From the NCBI GenBank assembly GCA_051362555.1, contig CM120641.1, positions 46,134,401 through 46,198,400 of the forward strand: a stretch of DNA of 64,000 nt. Direction: 5' to 3'. The stretch is from Lingula anatina. Its lineage: Eukaryota; Animalia; Brachiopoda. Every line of letters starts with the position of its first letter. Within the stretch, counting starts at the first letter, position 1. The notes below the pieces were generated by a model. It was not told where the DNA came from. It did not search any database and worked only from the letters and a program-made list of their open reading frames with translations. Positions 29,501 through 42,128 of this stretch are shown one piece after another. The position numbers and the translations under genes are program-made.

Positions 29501-32500
29501 TGTACATAAAAAGCGAGCAATATCTTCCGAGTGCTCTGATTTGACCTGGGACAAATTCTAATGGGTCAACAGATCTAAAATAATATCCCATACCTAAAGT
29601 GCTCTACCATGTGACTGGTATCTAGGTAGGCATTAAGGAATGCCTCTACATCATCTTTGGTCCACATAGCTTGCCGACAGGGCTCTATAAACTAAACAAA
29701 AGAAAAAAACTGTAGTGTCTTAACATGGGAGTTCTGAAAAGCAATTTATTTCTTTAATGAAAGTTTTTTAAAAACTTGTATTATTAACATCAAGTTTAGA
29801 AATTTCCCCTCATTCTTAAAAGGTGCTTAGATCTAACTTTTTTAAAAATATTTCTCAACTGAAATATAATAAATTAAACAGACATCTTGATCAAACCTTC
29901 TTTTGAAAAAACAATTAAATTACCCTAATCTATACATCTGCACGACTTTTATGAGTCTGTTGTAAGATGATGGAAACAGATGAAAAACAACTCACAAGAC
30001 ATTTCACCCAACACCAGACATTTCATATGTTACCTTTTCTACTAAATCCAAAAATAAATCCCTGGATTCTTTACTATGGCTAAGTCCACTCCCTATACCA
30101 ACTATTACTTTTGAAATATTCTGTAACAGAAATATGTACATTTAATTTCTAATTGGCCACATGAAAATGTCTAGTTAAACAAAATTGAACCTTCTCCAAC
30201 TGTGCTCAAATCTGGATGCAGAAAATAACTGCCTCTTTTTTAATGTTGCACAATACAAGCAATCTAAATTTAATTGCCCATTCCAGAGTGTAAGAGAAAA
30301 TTATCTTTCAAATTAAAGAGTTAATTATCATATAAAAATAGATGATCTGTATTAAGATGACTGAGGCTCTTAGTGATAGCACTGGGTAAAGATATGGATA
30401 CTACATAATCATATCATTATTTCTGCATGCAAAACATACCTTAAAATTTTGCTCAATGTCTGTAAAAGCTCTGTCACTCAGTCCTGTAAGTGTGCGCAAC
30501 ACTAAGCTAATCAAAAATACAATATAATAATGTTATTACCACTAGCAAGGTAATGAGGGCTAATATAAAAAGATTATCATATGCATCCAGCTAATATAAA
30601 AATACAAAACAAAATGGAAAAAAATATTTAGAGATGTATTATATCACAAAGACAAATTATTCTGCCTACAAAATTTATGAAATAGGAAGATAGATATTTC
30701 ATTCAATTTATTATTAATCAAAATCCACAGGCAATCATTTGTAAAAAAAAAAAAGACAATCTTTTTTATTTCATTTTGTGCATTTCTAAATGGTATAAAG
30801 TTACACATGAGGTCCTACAGGTAGTAGAACCAGTATAAATAGTAGTGGTAGTATTACCTTTTATGTTCTTCCACATAATCTGACAGTTCTTTGACATCTC
30901 TAAGAGCCTGAAGAAAATCTCGGTCCAGGTCTGTATCAATGTCCTCACTGGTCAGTGTCTTCACCCCTGAAATTGTCACAAAATACTGCAATAAAATCTA
31001 CATAATAAAAATAAATTAAAAAAAATTTTATACAATCTTTTCATGTCAACATTCGCATGCAAATCTTACACTGATTAACAAGGCAGCAAAGCTGTCAAAT
31101 GTACAGACAAAAAGCAGGAAATAACAAAATAGGCTACTGTCAATTCTGATGCAAAAGTACATTATGTTAAACTGCAAATTCAACATCAAATTTTAATTAT
31201 GCTCAACAGGTAATACCAATGTAAGTAAAATGTGAAACAAGTATAAGACTTAAGGCCCATGGGAGTTCAAGTTCACACTTTGAAAATGTAAAACTTCCAG
31301 AAAAAGAAGTCAATTAGACTGCTTTTCCAACTCAGGCTGCATTTTAGTCCTGTATTTCTTTTTTGAAAGTTTGGCAATCATTAGTAACATGGTTTTCCCA
31401 TAATGGTCATCATGGCAGCAGCACCCAAAATTGTGTTTTCTTCTATTCTGATGCAATATTACATAATGGTTAACAGCATAATGACAATCAATTTTTAATA
31501 ACAAAATATATGTATCATGGATTTTCAGAAAATGTGACTAGCCTGGGTCTTCAAGCCTGTGGAACTTCAAAGTCACATCTTGAAAATGCCAATATGTGAA
31601 AAATTAAATTTTCACAAAAAAAACTGTTTAACTGGCAGATTGCATTGCCTACTGAAGCTGTATTTTAGTCCCATGTTTCTTTCCTGTAAGCACAGTAAGT
31701 GACATGGTTTTTCTTAAAAGGTAATCATGGGAGCAGTGCCCAAAATAGGTTTTTTCAAATTTTGATGCAATATTACATAATGTTTAACAGCATAATGACC
31801 ATCAATTTTTAATAATAAAATATTAGTATCATGGATATTCAGAAAATGTGACTAGCAAAGGTCTTCAGGCCCATGGAACTTCAAAGTCACAACTTGAAAA
31901 TGCCAAAATGTAAACAAGACAGCACTGTTCTGAAATGTTTTTTTCCCCATTTTTAACAATTTTTAACATAAAATAAAATTAACAGTTTACTGCCATTTTT
32001 ATATGATCAACTAAGAAAATTGATGAGATGAGAAAAATATCAATAGAGCAGTGTTAAATGTCCAATTTCTTCCATTCTGAGATTCTGAACATAGTGAATG
32101 ATTGAATCTGACAAACTGCAATGAGTTTATTTCCATTTTTGAAACTTTATTACACAATACACGATAACATATTTACCATCATTTTTACAAAATCAACTAA
32201 CAATGTTGTAAAGATGCAGGAAATGTCAAACAAACACTTTCACGTATCTTATTAGTTTAATAATGAGACTGTTAACATGCCTAAAAACTGAATCTGAGGA
32301 AATGTGAAAAAACAGCATACCTTCAAAAATAATGGCCCGATTATGCTGATTTACGAACTCAACCTGCATTTTAGTAAAATTGACCACTCCTGTGACTTTC
32401 ATGACAATTGGCCCATCTGTTTTTCTTATATTGTGTTTACAGTGTTGCATATATGCTAAAAAGTGTAAGAAACAGCATAACTAGTAAAATAGTGGCCCGA

Positions 32501-32954
32501 TCATGCCGATTTTTGAACTTGACCTGCGTTTTAGTAAGATTGATTACTCCTGTGAGTTTCATGACAACAGGTCTATCGGTTTTCCTTGAAATGTGTTAAC
32601 AGTGTTGCATATATGCTGAAAAGTGAAAAAACAGCATAAATACTAAAATAGTGGCCCGATCATGCCGATTTTCGAACTTGATCTGCGTTTTAGTAAGACT
32701 GATTACTCCTGTGAGTTTCATGACAACAGGCCTATCGGTTTTCCTTGAAATGTGTTAACAGTGTTGCATATATGCTAAAAAGTGAAAAAACAGCATAAAT
32801 TCTACAATAATGGCCCGATCATGCTGATTTTCGAACTTGACCTGCGTTTTATGAATATTAGTCAGCTCTGTAAATATAAAGCCAAAAAGTAAAACTGTCT
32901 TCCACTTATGGTGTTAACGCTGAAAGTGCACGGCGACGGCGACGGCGACATGAT

Positions 32955-32986
<32 letters not shown>

Positions 32987-35285
32987 ACAGACGCAGGTGA
33001 TGGCAATATGTACAGACACATCTGTGTCTGTACATAAAAAAGGAAACTTGTTAGTTGAGTAACTATATGGATTTATGTAACAGCATTAAAATTAATAAGA
33101 TGACCTCAGAAATTTTTCTTTGTGAACCTGAACTTTGAAATTTAAAAAGGTCAATTTTTAACCTATGACCTATCCACTGACCTCTAGCCCTCGACGTCCA
33201 GTGCGACATCATTTGGTCAGCACAGAAAGCAAAGTCTTCGAAGGTCAAATAATGGAGTTTCTTCTTCCCCGTCTCAAACCTGTTATTAGCGATAAACACT
33301 ATTGCAGCATATTTTCTGGAATAAACGAAAGAAAGCCTAGTCATTTATTTAAATCATATTCATAAATAAACTGGAACTGGTAAACCCTAGCTTTTCATTA
33401 CATGTTGTTAATTATGAATGTAACTTCACATAAAGGATGTACACAGTATATAATGTGCAGTGAAATACTATGCATAAATTTCTTATGAATATTTGTCTAT
33501 TATAGAACTTATTATTTTTTTCAAGGTGCCATACTTTGCCAACTCTTCTGATATAAGAAACAGTGTCCTAATGTTTTCCACTAGGGACCCCATCATGTCT
33601 TCCACCGTTTTAAACACATGCTTAACATTGTCAAACTGAAAAAAAAAAAAATTGTCTTTAATCATTTCCAAATTAATTCACACAAAACTCTAAACAAACC
33701 CATGCAATGGCTGACCAGTGGAGAGCTTCATAGGATGTGTTAAACAATCAGATAATATCATAATTCCTTCACAACAGTTTTGATCGCTACATTATATCTA
33801 TTATACATAAGAAATATTAGAGTGCAGATAAATTATATTCTTCTACAGAAATTTTACAAGATGGAATCAACAATACCTGTCTCCTGCAGCTTTTCAGAGA
33901 CACCCGTGTCTTTTCACTGATATCATCGAGATCCTTTCTGTTTCTCGATGACAACTTCTTTCCAAGGAACTCTCTGACCACTTCAGGATCAAATTCATAA
34001 TACCTAAAGATAAATTAGAATTGACTAAAGCTGTTCTTTTACATGATTTTGGTGATGTTCTGTTGTACTCGTGTGATATGTAATATGATATGTAATGAAA
34101 GTCAGATGATAACAGATTTATCTAGATTAAAATTTTAACTGGAAGGAGATGGATATGCAGAGGTTTGTAGACATATGCAGATAAAGGCATTGCAATGGAA
34201 GCTATTTTATCAACAAATTGTAATTAGCTTCTAGTGTACCATAAAACTGGTTTAAAAAAAGCTATTGGGTCTGGCATTCACATACTATAATGTCTTATGA
34301 TTTCTCACCCAGACATTTGTAATTCTAAGCACTTTAACACATACAGAGGTTTATGTCACATATTTGTAAACTACAATAGATATCCTGGATTGGTCATCAT
34401 AAATCCTCTTAACTCAATGACTGATAGTAAACTTGATATTTTGGAACAAGAAATAGTTAAGTTCTCTATCTCAACATTCATAATGGTACAAAAAATGAAA
34501 CAATTCGAAGGTTCAAAAGTTAGAAGGGTTCAGTGGACCAAGCATTCACTACAGAACTTTTGGACCAATGAACCCTTATATTTAAAAACTGATGAAAATG
34601 TTACAATTTTTCAGGCCAACATAAAACAGTTGTCTATCTGGTCTAACACTGCTCCAGAGTTTTGGCTTGACCCCTCAAAAAACACTTTATATTTTATTAC
34701 TCATACCTTTCAATCAGCATCTTTTTTGTCTCTGGGTTAATTTGAAAGACAGGTGTGTCAATCAGTTTGCTGGGGTATTTGTAAAACCTCTCCAGCATGC
34801 TAAAGGTGCGGTAATGGTCCACAGTGTCACTGAACAACATTTCAAACGTGGCCCCATACTGCTGCAAGATTCCTTTCTGTTGCTGAACCACTGCTGCTTC
34901 GTGTGCTAAAACCAGCGGCATTAATAAACTGTCAATTTAGACCCCATTCCGAAATATTTGAAGATTTTATCAACACCGCATTTATGATAAGTAAATTAAG
35001 TCAAAAACATAGAATAAGTAGGATTCTTTATATGTGATAAATATTAAATAACGTATGTGACTGTGCTAAGTGAGTGTGTAATGAAAATACAAGCGATCGG
35101 CGTTTACTTTGTTTCTTCGCTTTGTCTTGAAATACAATTTATTTCTCCGAGAAAACATTATGTAAAGACAGTGCATCAACAGCATAATAATTTACTCGCC
35201 TACCTGTGTACCCCTTCAGCCACAATTCATATATATCAGTGTCTATCAAAGTGTCATTGCCGACAAATATATTCACTTCACCCAT
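26582..35285 (-). CDS. FIBP: Acidic FGF intracellular binding protein. Exons approx. 35204-35285, 34707-34905, 33878-34003, 33535-33636, 33182-33318, 30858-30966, 30440-30506, 30034-30120, 29594-29691, 26582-26663
   Basis: Exons give [130 protein letters not shown] and IWDRYM...MYHK*, colinear with FIBP. Confidence 0.97.
26870..29512 (-). mobile_element. Compound array of HINE-like elements (copy C) in the last FIBP intron; three 5' heads, 3' end missing
   Basis: Head motif (GACGGC/GGCATC)n-ACAGACGCAGGTGATGGCAATATGTACAGACACATCTG at about 28020-28065, 29070-29127 and 29455-29512. The body is the reverse complement of 4731-5900. Confidence 0.8.
31077..33041 (-). mobile_element. Helentron/HINE-like element, full-length copy B, in FIBP intron 5
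   Basis: Both ends match copy A (AACAAGGCAGCAAAGCTGTCAAATGTACAGACA ... TGTACAGACACATCTGTGTCTGTACATAAAAA). Contains a (GACGGC)n microsatellite and about four tandem ~159-bp monomers at 32300-32880. Confidence 0.82.
34505..34620. mobile_element. Degenerate copy of the 15-bp-repeat MITE family
   Basis: CGAAGGTTCA...GGACCAATGAACCCTT...AAAAACTGATGAAAATGTTACAATTTT matches the core of 40570-40743. Confidence 0.6.
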
Positions 35286-37745
35286 GTTGTTCTGCAAAAA
35301 TTGACCTAGATCGAAATCGAGGCAAAATGAGACGAGCTTTGACGTCATAATCGCTGGTCTGGAAACAAAAGTAATGTGTTCCTTGCGTTCAGCATTTTTT
35401 CTCCTTAGGTAGGTTTATTTTTCAGGTGAGTAAATTCTTTACTGAAAAGAGCTAGCGTACCTCCATATGTTGTTGATGACTTAGACCTATACTTGTTATA
35501 TTCAATATAATTAATTTCACAGATCCTTTAAAAGATAAAGAAAAGTGTGTAGAATAATAAAAAATGACTGTTTAAATTTGCGACATTTAAAGCAAACAAA
35601 TTATACAAATAAATTAAAAAATAAGAAAATTCATGTTTAGACAAAGCAAAATGAAGTAAACCGATATTTTTTCAATCAATTAATGATTTATCAAAAAATC
35701 AATTTGAAAATATGTTTCTCTAAAAGTTAAAGCGAAGGTCTAGTTCTAATTAAGCAAATCCGTGGGGTTTAAACTAAAACTATCTCTCTCCAGACTAACA
35801 TACATACATACCAAATTTATTATATTACATTAATGAACGCGCTGCGCTGCATGGGCATTTGTCGCGCCAAAATATATAGAGCCTACTGGACGTCGCCAAA
35901 ATACGTTTAGGTAGGCATATCTGTATTTTACTGATAACTGTCAAATAAAAGAAACTTCTCCAAAGATTATTTTCAAACGGGACATTAGAATAATTATATA
36001 AAGTTTCGAACAAAGACGGGAAAAAGAAAAGGAAAGAATCATGAATATTCCACCCATACAAAGAAACTCTGCTAATTTTTTTTTTTTTTTTTTTCGGGAG
36101 CGAAGAAGGCAGTTGTCTTCAGATTGAGTAAAAAAATTAATTCATGTTTTTTCAACCCTCACTCTTTTTTAACCTTTTTACTAGGAAATGTGTAGATACT
36201 CTCTTTATCCATGAAAGTATCATTAGTTTATACCACTGAAAGTGATTTTGAAGCTAATCAAAGTAGGCCTACTTCTGAGGACTAAAAATGGCCAACTTCA
36301 TGTCCTATCCAATGTTACCGTTGTTGTTTTCTCGTTGTCAATAAACCACTTCACTGTTTCTGTGATACCAATTATGTCACAATGCGGCTGACAATGTGTG
36401 ATAGTTACCCGGTATCTTAATAGAGCGGTAATCGACGGCGTTGTCTAGTGACGCCTCAGAGATTGTGACCCCAACGCAATATAGAGGCGCGTTTTTGGAA
36501 CACACGTTACCATTTTGGGCTCTTTGGGTACTGTAAAAGTCATGGTAAAAATTGAAATTTGAATTTAAATTGAAACAGTCGTGGACTTTTGTTCTATACA
36601 CATTTATGTTTTAAAAAATTGAATACAACTTTGAATTCATTCAATTTTATTTTTTGCCACTTCAGTATGTGAAATGCACCTCTATATTGGGTTTGGGTGC
36701 ATATTAACAAGACGTCGAGGACTTCACAAAAACGTAATATCACATGGCATGTCTCCTGAAGGCTTTAGAGAAATTTTGACGTCACAGTTAGATTATGTAT
36801 AGCCTGCTATATTGAAATGTCAATAACATATTAATAACACGATGTATGGAGACGTCACAGATAATGCCATAGTCTATCAGAATAGAAATTATAAAGATGC
36901 TATGAAGACACCACAGAAGTTTTAATACATGCACCACAGTGCACTCTAATTGATAACAACAAAACGGTGCGTGAAGGAGTCACAAATATTATGGCGTCAA
37001 AATATACAAATTGTTCACAAATATTAAATGAAAAATTTATTAATACGGCATAGGTCTACATACTGAGAGTATAAAATCGCAACTAAGCTTCAGTTTAACG
37101 TTTTGCCGTTAGACAAAAAAGTGCCATTTGATTATGTCCAATTTTATTTTACCACTATAAAATGCATGTAGATAACTTGCTTTAATCCCAAGTTTTGATA
37201 TGTCAGTTATATTTATTAAATAAATATTTGCTAAACATTGAAGGTCCATGCTTCTAATGTATGTTTGGCACATGTTTATAACTGTTATATGATAGACCAA
37301 AAAATGAGATAAAATAGGATTAAAACAAATAAACTAACAGGTTGATTAAATTTAAACCAAGCAACTGGCAAGGGTCTCCACGTATTATTTTGATTACGAC
37401 ATTTAAATTGATTAATATTAATATTAATATTCGAAAACAGAAAAGTGGCTCAATACTTGTTAGATGAATACAACAATACATTTTTTATTCATTCTAGAGT
37501 CATTCTATCAATCCACTCATCACTGTTGCATTTACATTTGAAGACAGATCCCCAGCAATTTTTGCAAAATGCTGTCATAGTGCTGGGGTTTTTCATCATT
37601 TATTCTCTAGCACGATCTCTGTCACAGAGATCTTATATATCCTCATATCCGAGAAATGCTCTCCAATTGTTTTCAGTCTGAAAACAGCGATTTTGTTTGA
37701 GTTCTGAGATTCTGAAAGTTGATTAAATATAACATTTGTCCCGTT

Positions 37746-39965
37746 TTAGGCTGTCTTGGGCTCGGTAACGTTAGTAGAGTTAGCCGCGGCAAGGTCTAGA
37801 GAAGAGTCTGCTGTCTGACCGTCTGAAGAAAAAGAACACAACGGCTTTAGTTTCAGTTAAAATTTCTAACAATAAATAAATAAATAAATTTCAGAGGTTT
37901 AGGAACGCATGAGTATATATTTTTAATTTATCACAGGGTTCTATTCTAAGTATTAACAATAGTGAAACCCACGTGCCACCAGCTTTCAGGGAATGACGCT
38001 TGTGACGCAACATTCTACACCGTGAATTAAAGAAGTCCCTGAAGACTCAACTCTTTATTATCAGCATGTCCCTGGCGTTGCCGAACGGTTATGGCTTGCT
38101 GATAATAGATAGGGGAATTTAGGGACCATTAAAACTTTACCCTTTTACTTTACCAATTACCCTTTCCTAATATCCTAGAACTTCAGTCATAGGTAGTTTA
38201 ACGTTGCACTGTGTTCCCAGAAAAAAAATGTATTTTTATTTTTATTTTTATGGTAAGACGAAATACGGCACGTTTTTAAATTAGATAGCTATTTTCATAC
38301 ATGGCTATATTGCAAGTAATCAGCTGTACCATATGGCATACCTGATTTTCAATCTCTCTTTCTTCCGATTACCTTTCTGGTAGGAGGAGAAAATCATATA
38401 AAGATCGTAAAAAGAGGAGATCCCCCATTTATTCTTTTCTGTTATTTACCTTCAAAGTTGTACTGCGGCGGGGGCTCTGAACTCCCGATCACCATCTTTG
38501 ACCTTTGATTTTTAAAGGACGTCTCCTCGAATGTCTCGCTGGACGAATTTCGCGAAATTTCTTCGTCGTTTCTAGCTTGGTCGTTCTTTAATAAAGGCTT
38601 TTTACAGTCCAATTGAGGACCATATTCCTCATCTTTGTTCTTCACGTCTTTGACATCACGTTTCCTGACCTTGAGTATTAGGCATGATACCATGATGATC
38701 ATATTAACAACACCCAAAATAATGAGAATACACAGGCAAATTATTATTCCTATACCAAAGCTTGGAAGCTTCTCTATCACACCGGAGATGTCGCCTGAAA
38801 TGAAATATAGATATCACATTTTTACATCATGAAATCACCAAAAACAATATTTACTTTAATTTCATTTACGGATATGTACATGTATATCTTTTACTATAAA
38901 GACGATAGTGATGATTAAATATCAATTTTAAGACTGTTGTATCTAGCAAATTAAAGTAAATAATCTATACAGTGATTCACACTTTAGGTACATGTATGTT
39001 ATAATTATAGCATCATGTTCGCCTTACTTTGCTTTTTTGTCATTCAACAATTAGCCAATCAATTCAGTCTTAATAATTAATTCTGTCCGCCCACCTGTAT
39101 TTGTTTGATGTTGGTCACGCCCAAAGCCGTAACCTTGGAGAGCAGTCTGCTTTACCGTAGGTGTGGCAGTGGTTGTCGTGAACATGAGATATCCTGAAGA
39201 AAAAATAAACACCCTCTGCATTTTTAAAGCATGAGTGAAGTAAAATGTCATTTTACATTTCCCACCCACTCATACTACATGTACAGGTATGCTTAACCCG
39301 TTTATCTCATCGAACTTTGGACATTTCTCGTTGTAAGAGCGTAAGTCCGTGAATCGTGGTATCTTTAGCTATTCTTTGATTAATCTTGTTTACAATGCCC
39401 TTTTTCACAACTAATCTAAATCTCACAATGTATTCACTTCATTGATTGTTAACAAAAAAATTATTGTTTCAAAAAGAGAACAAAACAATATAATATGGTA
39501 TAACCACGCAGCCCCGCAGTTACCGGTATAGTATTTTGACACGAGTAAGAGTTTTGTCTTGAAATGATCTGGTCACTCGGTTGTAACCAACATAGAATTA
39601 CTTTGTTAAATTATATTTAGACAATGGCTGTAATGATGTCTCTTACCCGCGCATTGCTCCTTGCACTCCGTCTCCAGTTCCGGACTGGCCCTTAATCTGG
39701 CGGGGTGGCACAAGTCTGCACAACTATGGCAACGCTCAATACCTAACTCACAGTACTGCGTCCGTGGATCACATTGTAATTGACCGCCAGGTCCACACGG
39801 AATTGGACTTAACTGGCCAGTGGCGGCAGTGTCACTTTCCTCGGCATATGTGGTTAGTATATCCGGTGTGATCAGAAACCATAATAATAAAAGACGCCAA
39901 AGACGCCCCCCAGAAATACCCGTTCGCCTCAACATTTTCTCTGTTTCTCCGAATTGTTGAATCAT
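37746..39965 (-). CDS. Grindelwald-like/TNFR-superfamily single-CRD type I membrane protein. Exons approx. 39647-39965, 39095(or 39133)-39193, 38450-38794, 37746-37822
   Basis: Signal peptide (RLWRLLLLWFLIT), an 8-Cys domain CGPGGQLQCDPRTQYCELGIERCHSCADLCHP...ECKEQC, a Thr-rich stalk, a TM helix (GIGIIICLCILIILGVVNMIIMVSCLIL), a basic stop-transfer and a cytoplasmic tail with no death domain. All introns are phase 1 and keep the frame. Confidence 0.78.
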
Positions 39966-40028
39966 AGACCGACTGCTTCGGAATGAAGTACTTTTTCTTT
40001 TGTAAGCAATTTTACATCTTGGCGTAAT

Positions 40029-40147
40029 GGGAAATTTCCTGAATCATCAATTAATAAAGCATATTCTGAGCTATGACTAAGGGAATCCCCAGATGGTGCA
40101 TATAGGTGAGGGAAATCCCTCCATGAATATAGGTCAACATGACGTCA
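40029..40147. promoter_or_regulatory. Cluster of three NF-kB/Rel consensus sites plus a CRE upstream of the TNFR-like gene
   Basis: GGGAAATTTCC 40029-40039, GGGAATCCCC 40081-40090, GGGAAATCCC 40110-40119 and TGACGTCA 40140-40147. Confidence 0.65.
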
Positions 40148-40569
40148 TCGTCATCCCCTAGATTCCAATATGGCGGGTGTAAACAGGCACTGGCCGTTGC
40201 AAGAACCCTGATAAAAGTTTGTAATTACAGGCAGCTGGTATATTAATATGAGTTTCAAAAGACAGGTTGTTCCTCCTATAGGTTCACCTAAACATACTTC
40301 TGCGCATTCAACACCAGATGAACGCGATGTAGGGGTTGCAAAAAGAAAAATAGACGGTGCCTCGAGGTAAACTAAACGATTTTGCAAATAAGACAAGAGT
40401 AGATGTGCACAAATCCTTATACCGTTCTTAAACTTTCTAAAATCCAACTATATTTTTCAGTCGTGCAACGTCTGACAAACTCAGTTGTCTCAGCACTTAG
40501 ATATATACAGTAGTTTGAGCTATGATACACCTCTACGTGCAATAGATGTAACTGGGGATTTCCCATTAT

Positions 40570-40743
40570 GGGGCCGTAGCGATAGTCCGAAGGTTCAATA
40601 GTCCGAAGGTTCATTGGTCCGAATGTTCACTATAGAACCTTCAGACCAATGAACCCTTGATTAAAAAGTCGATGAAAACGTTACCACTTTTCGGACCAAT
40701 GAACCTTCGGACCAATGAACCTTCGGACTATCGTGACGCCCCC
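40570..40743. mobile_element. Short MITE with subterminal 15-bp repeats (GTCCGAAGGTTCA[A/T]T), possibly Mutator-like
   Basis: Left end GGGGCCGTAGCGATAGTCCGAAGG and right end CCTTCGGACTATCGTGACGCCCC. CCCATTAT occurs on both flanks, after a C-run on the right. Confidence 0.78.
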
Positions 40744-41890
40744 CCCCCCCCCTTCCCCATTATATCAAACATAAGTTGGCACTTCAAGCAGTATATAACA
40801 AACTGTGTCACTGTCAGTGTCCCGTGATAATTTGCCAGACAAAAACCTTGCCAGCATGTTACTATACATATTTGGAAACCAACGATGTGGGAATTTTTAT
40901 GTTTTGGATTTTTACCACCCATGATATAATGGGCACTTTGTCACTGGAGACTTGTACATTGTGGCAGTACTTATTGCAGTACGTGTAATGAATGTATGAC
41001 CCTATTCCCACAGATTTTAGATTGATCTATCCCTGTGGGGAATCTCATTAGATTACTGTCAGCTTAGCTGGCTTAAATGTCTGTCCCGCCTACTAAAAGC
41101 TGTAAGGGGGATAATTAACTACCGTGCGTGCTCAGCTGACAGCAATTTAGCGTGAACCCGCAGGGAGTTAGGTCGATCTAGATGGATTGATTTAAATCTA
41201 TGGGAATGCAGTCTATGTGAACAGTTTCTTCAAGCACATGTGTCTATTCTTGATTTAAGCATCATTTACAAGGTATTTTCTCATGACACAGCAGTCCCAT
41301 GTGCTTGTGGTACTTTGTGTGCCAGGTGACTCCATCAACATTTGGAGGTTGTCTTATTATAAATTGAAAGTATGAGTAAAAGTCATGTACTGCTTTGTTT
41401 GTTGTACTTAAATGATGCAAGATTGTTTAAACCATTCAAACTTTAAATCAAACTTCCCAGCACATACCTGTAGTCTGAAAATTTACCTTTTTGATATTCA
41501 ATCTTGTAGTATAAATATGAGGGGGGATTTGAAGAGTCATACAGAAAAGCACCCCTGTACACTGCTTATCCTTATGTTGTCAAGTAAAAGGGGGTTATAT
41601 TGCATCTTATCATATCAGTTGGAAATACCACATTCATGGCTTTGTTTAGTAACAGTCGTCATGTTCACAATATATGCTATTCATGATTTATTCAATATAA
41701 TATTCCAGTGTAAATGTTGGTTTTATTACAAAAGTTAAATGCCAATAGGAATTATGATAAGTCTTTTATTGAAAAAAAGACATCAGTATTTCACTGAGTC
41801 ATGAATCAGATATGCAGTTGGACATCAAACTTTACTTTGTTAATCCTAAAAACTGATATTAGTAATATTTGGGGTTGACATTGGTGATAT

Positions 41891-41923
<33 letters not shown>

Positions 41924-42128
41924 GATGATATGAAGAAAATGTATTGTTGTATCGTGAATACACATTTTGTGTTCCCAGTTAAGTTTTTTTTTCTTTAATT
42001 TCTTTCTTTTTGTATGTTTATCATTTTACTTTTACCAGAGGAGGCAGGACTAAAAGGAAAATAGATTATTTCTATTAGAATCTCATCTGTATCATATTAT
42101 AATCTACTTTCTGATTACTTTTTTAAAG

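Noticed and set aside
35340-35430. CRE (TGACGTCA) upstream of FIBP and plus-strand donor-like motifs suggesting a divergent transcript
   Set aside because: Single short motifs with no downstream exons identified; too weak to call.
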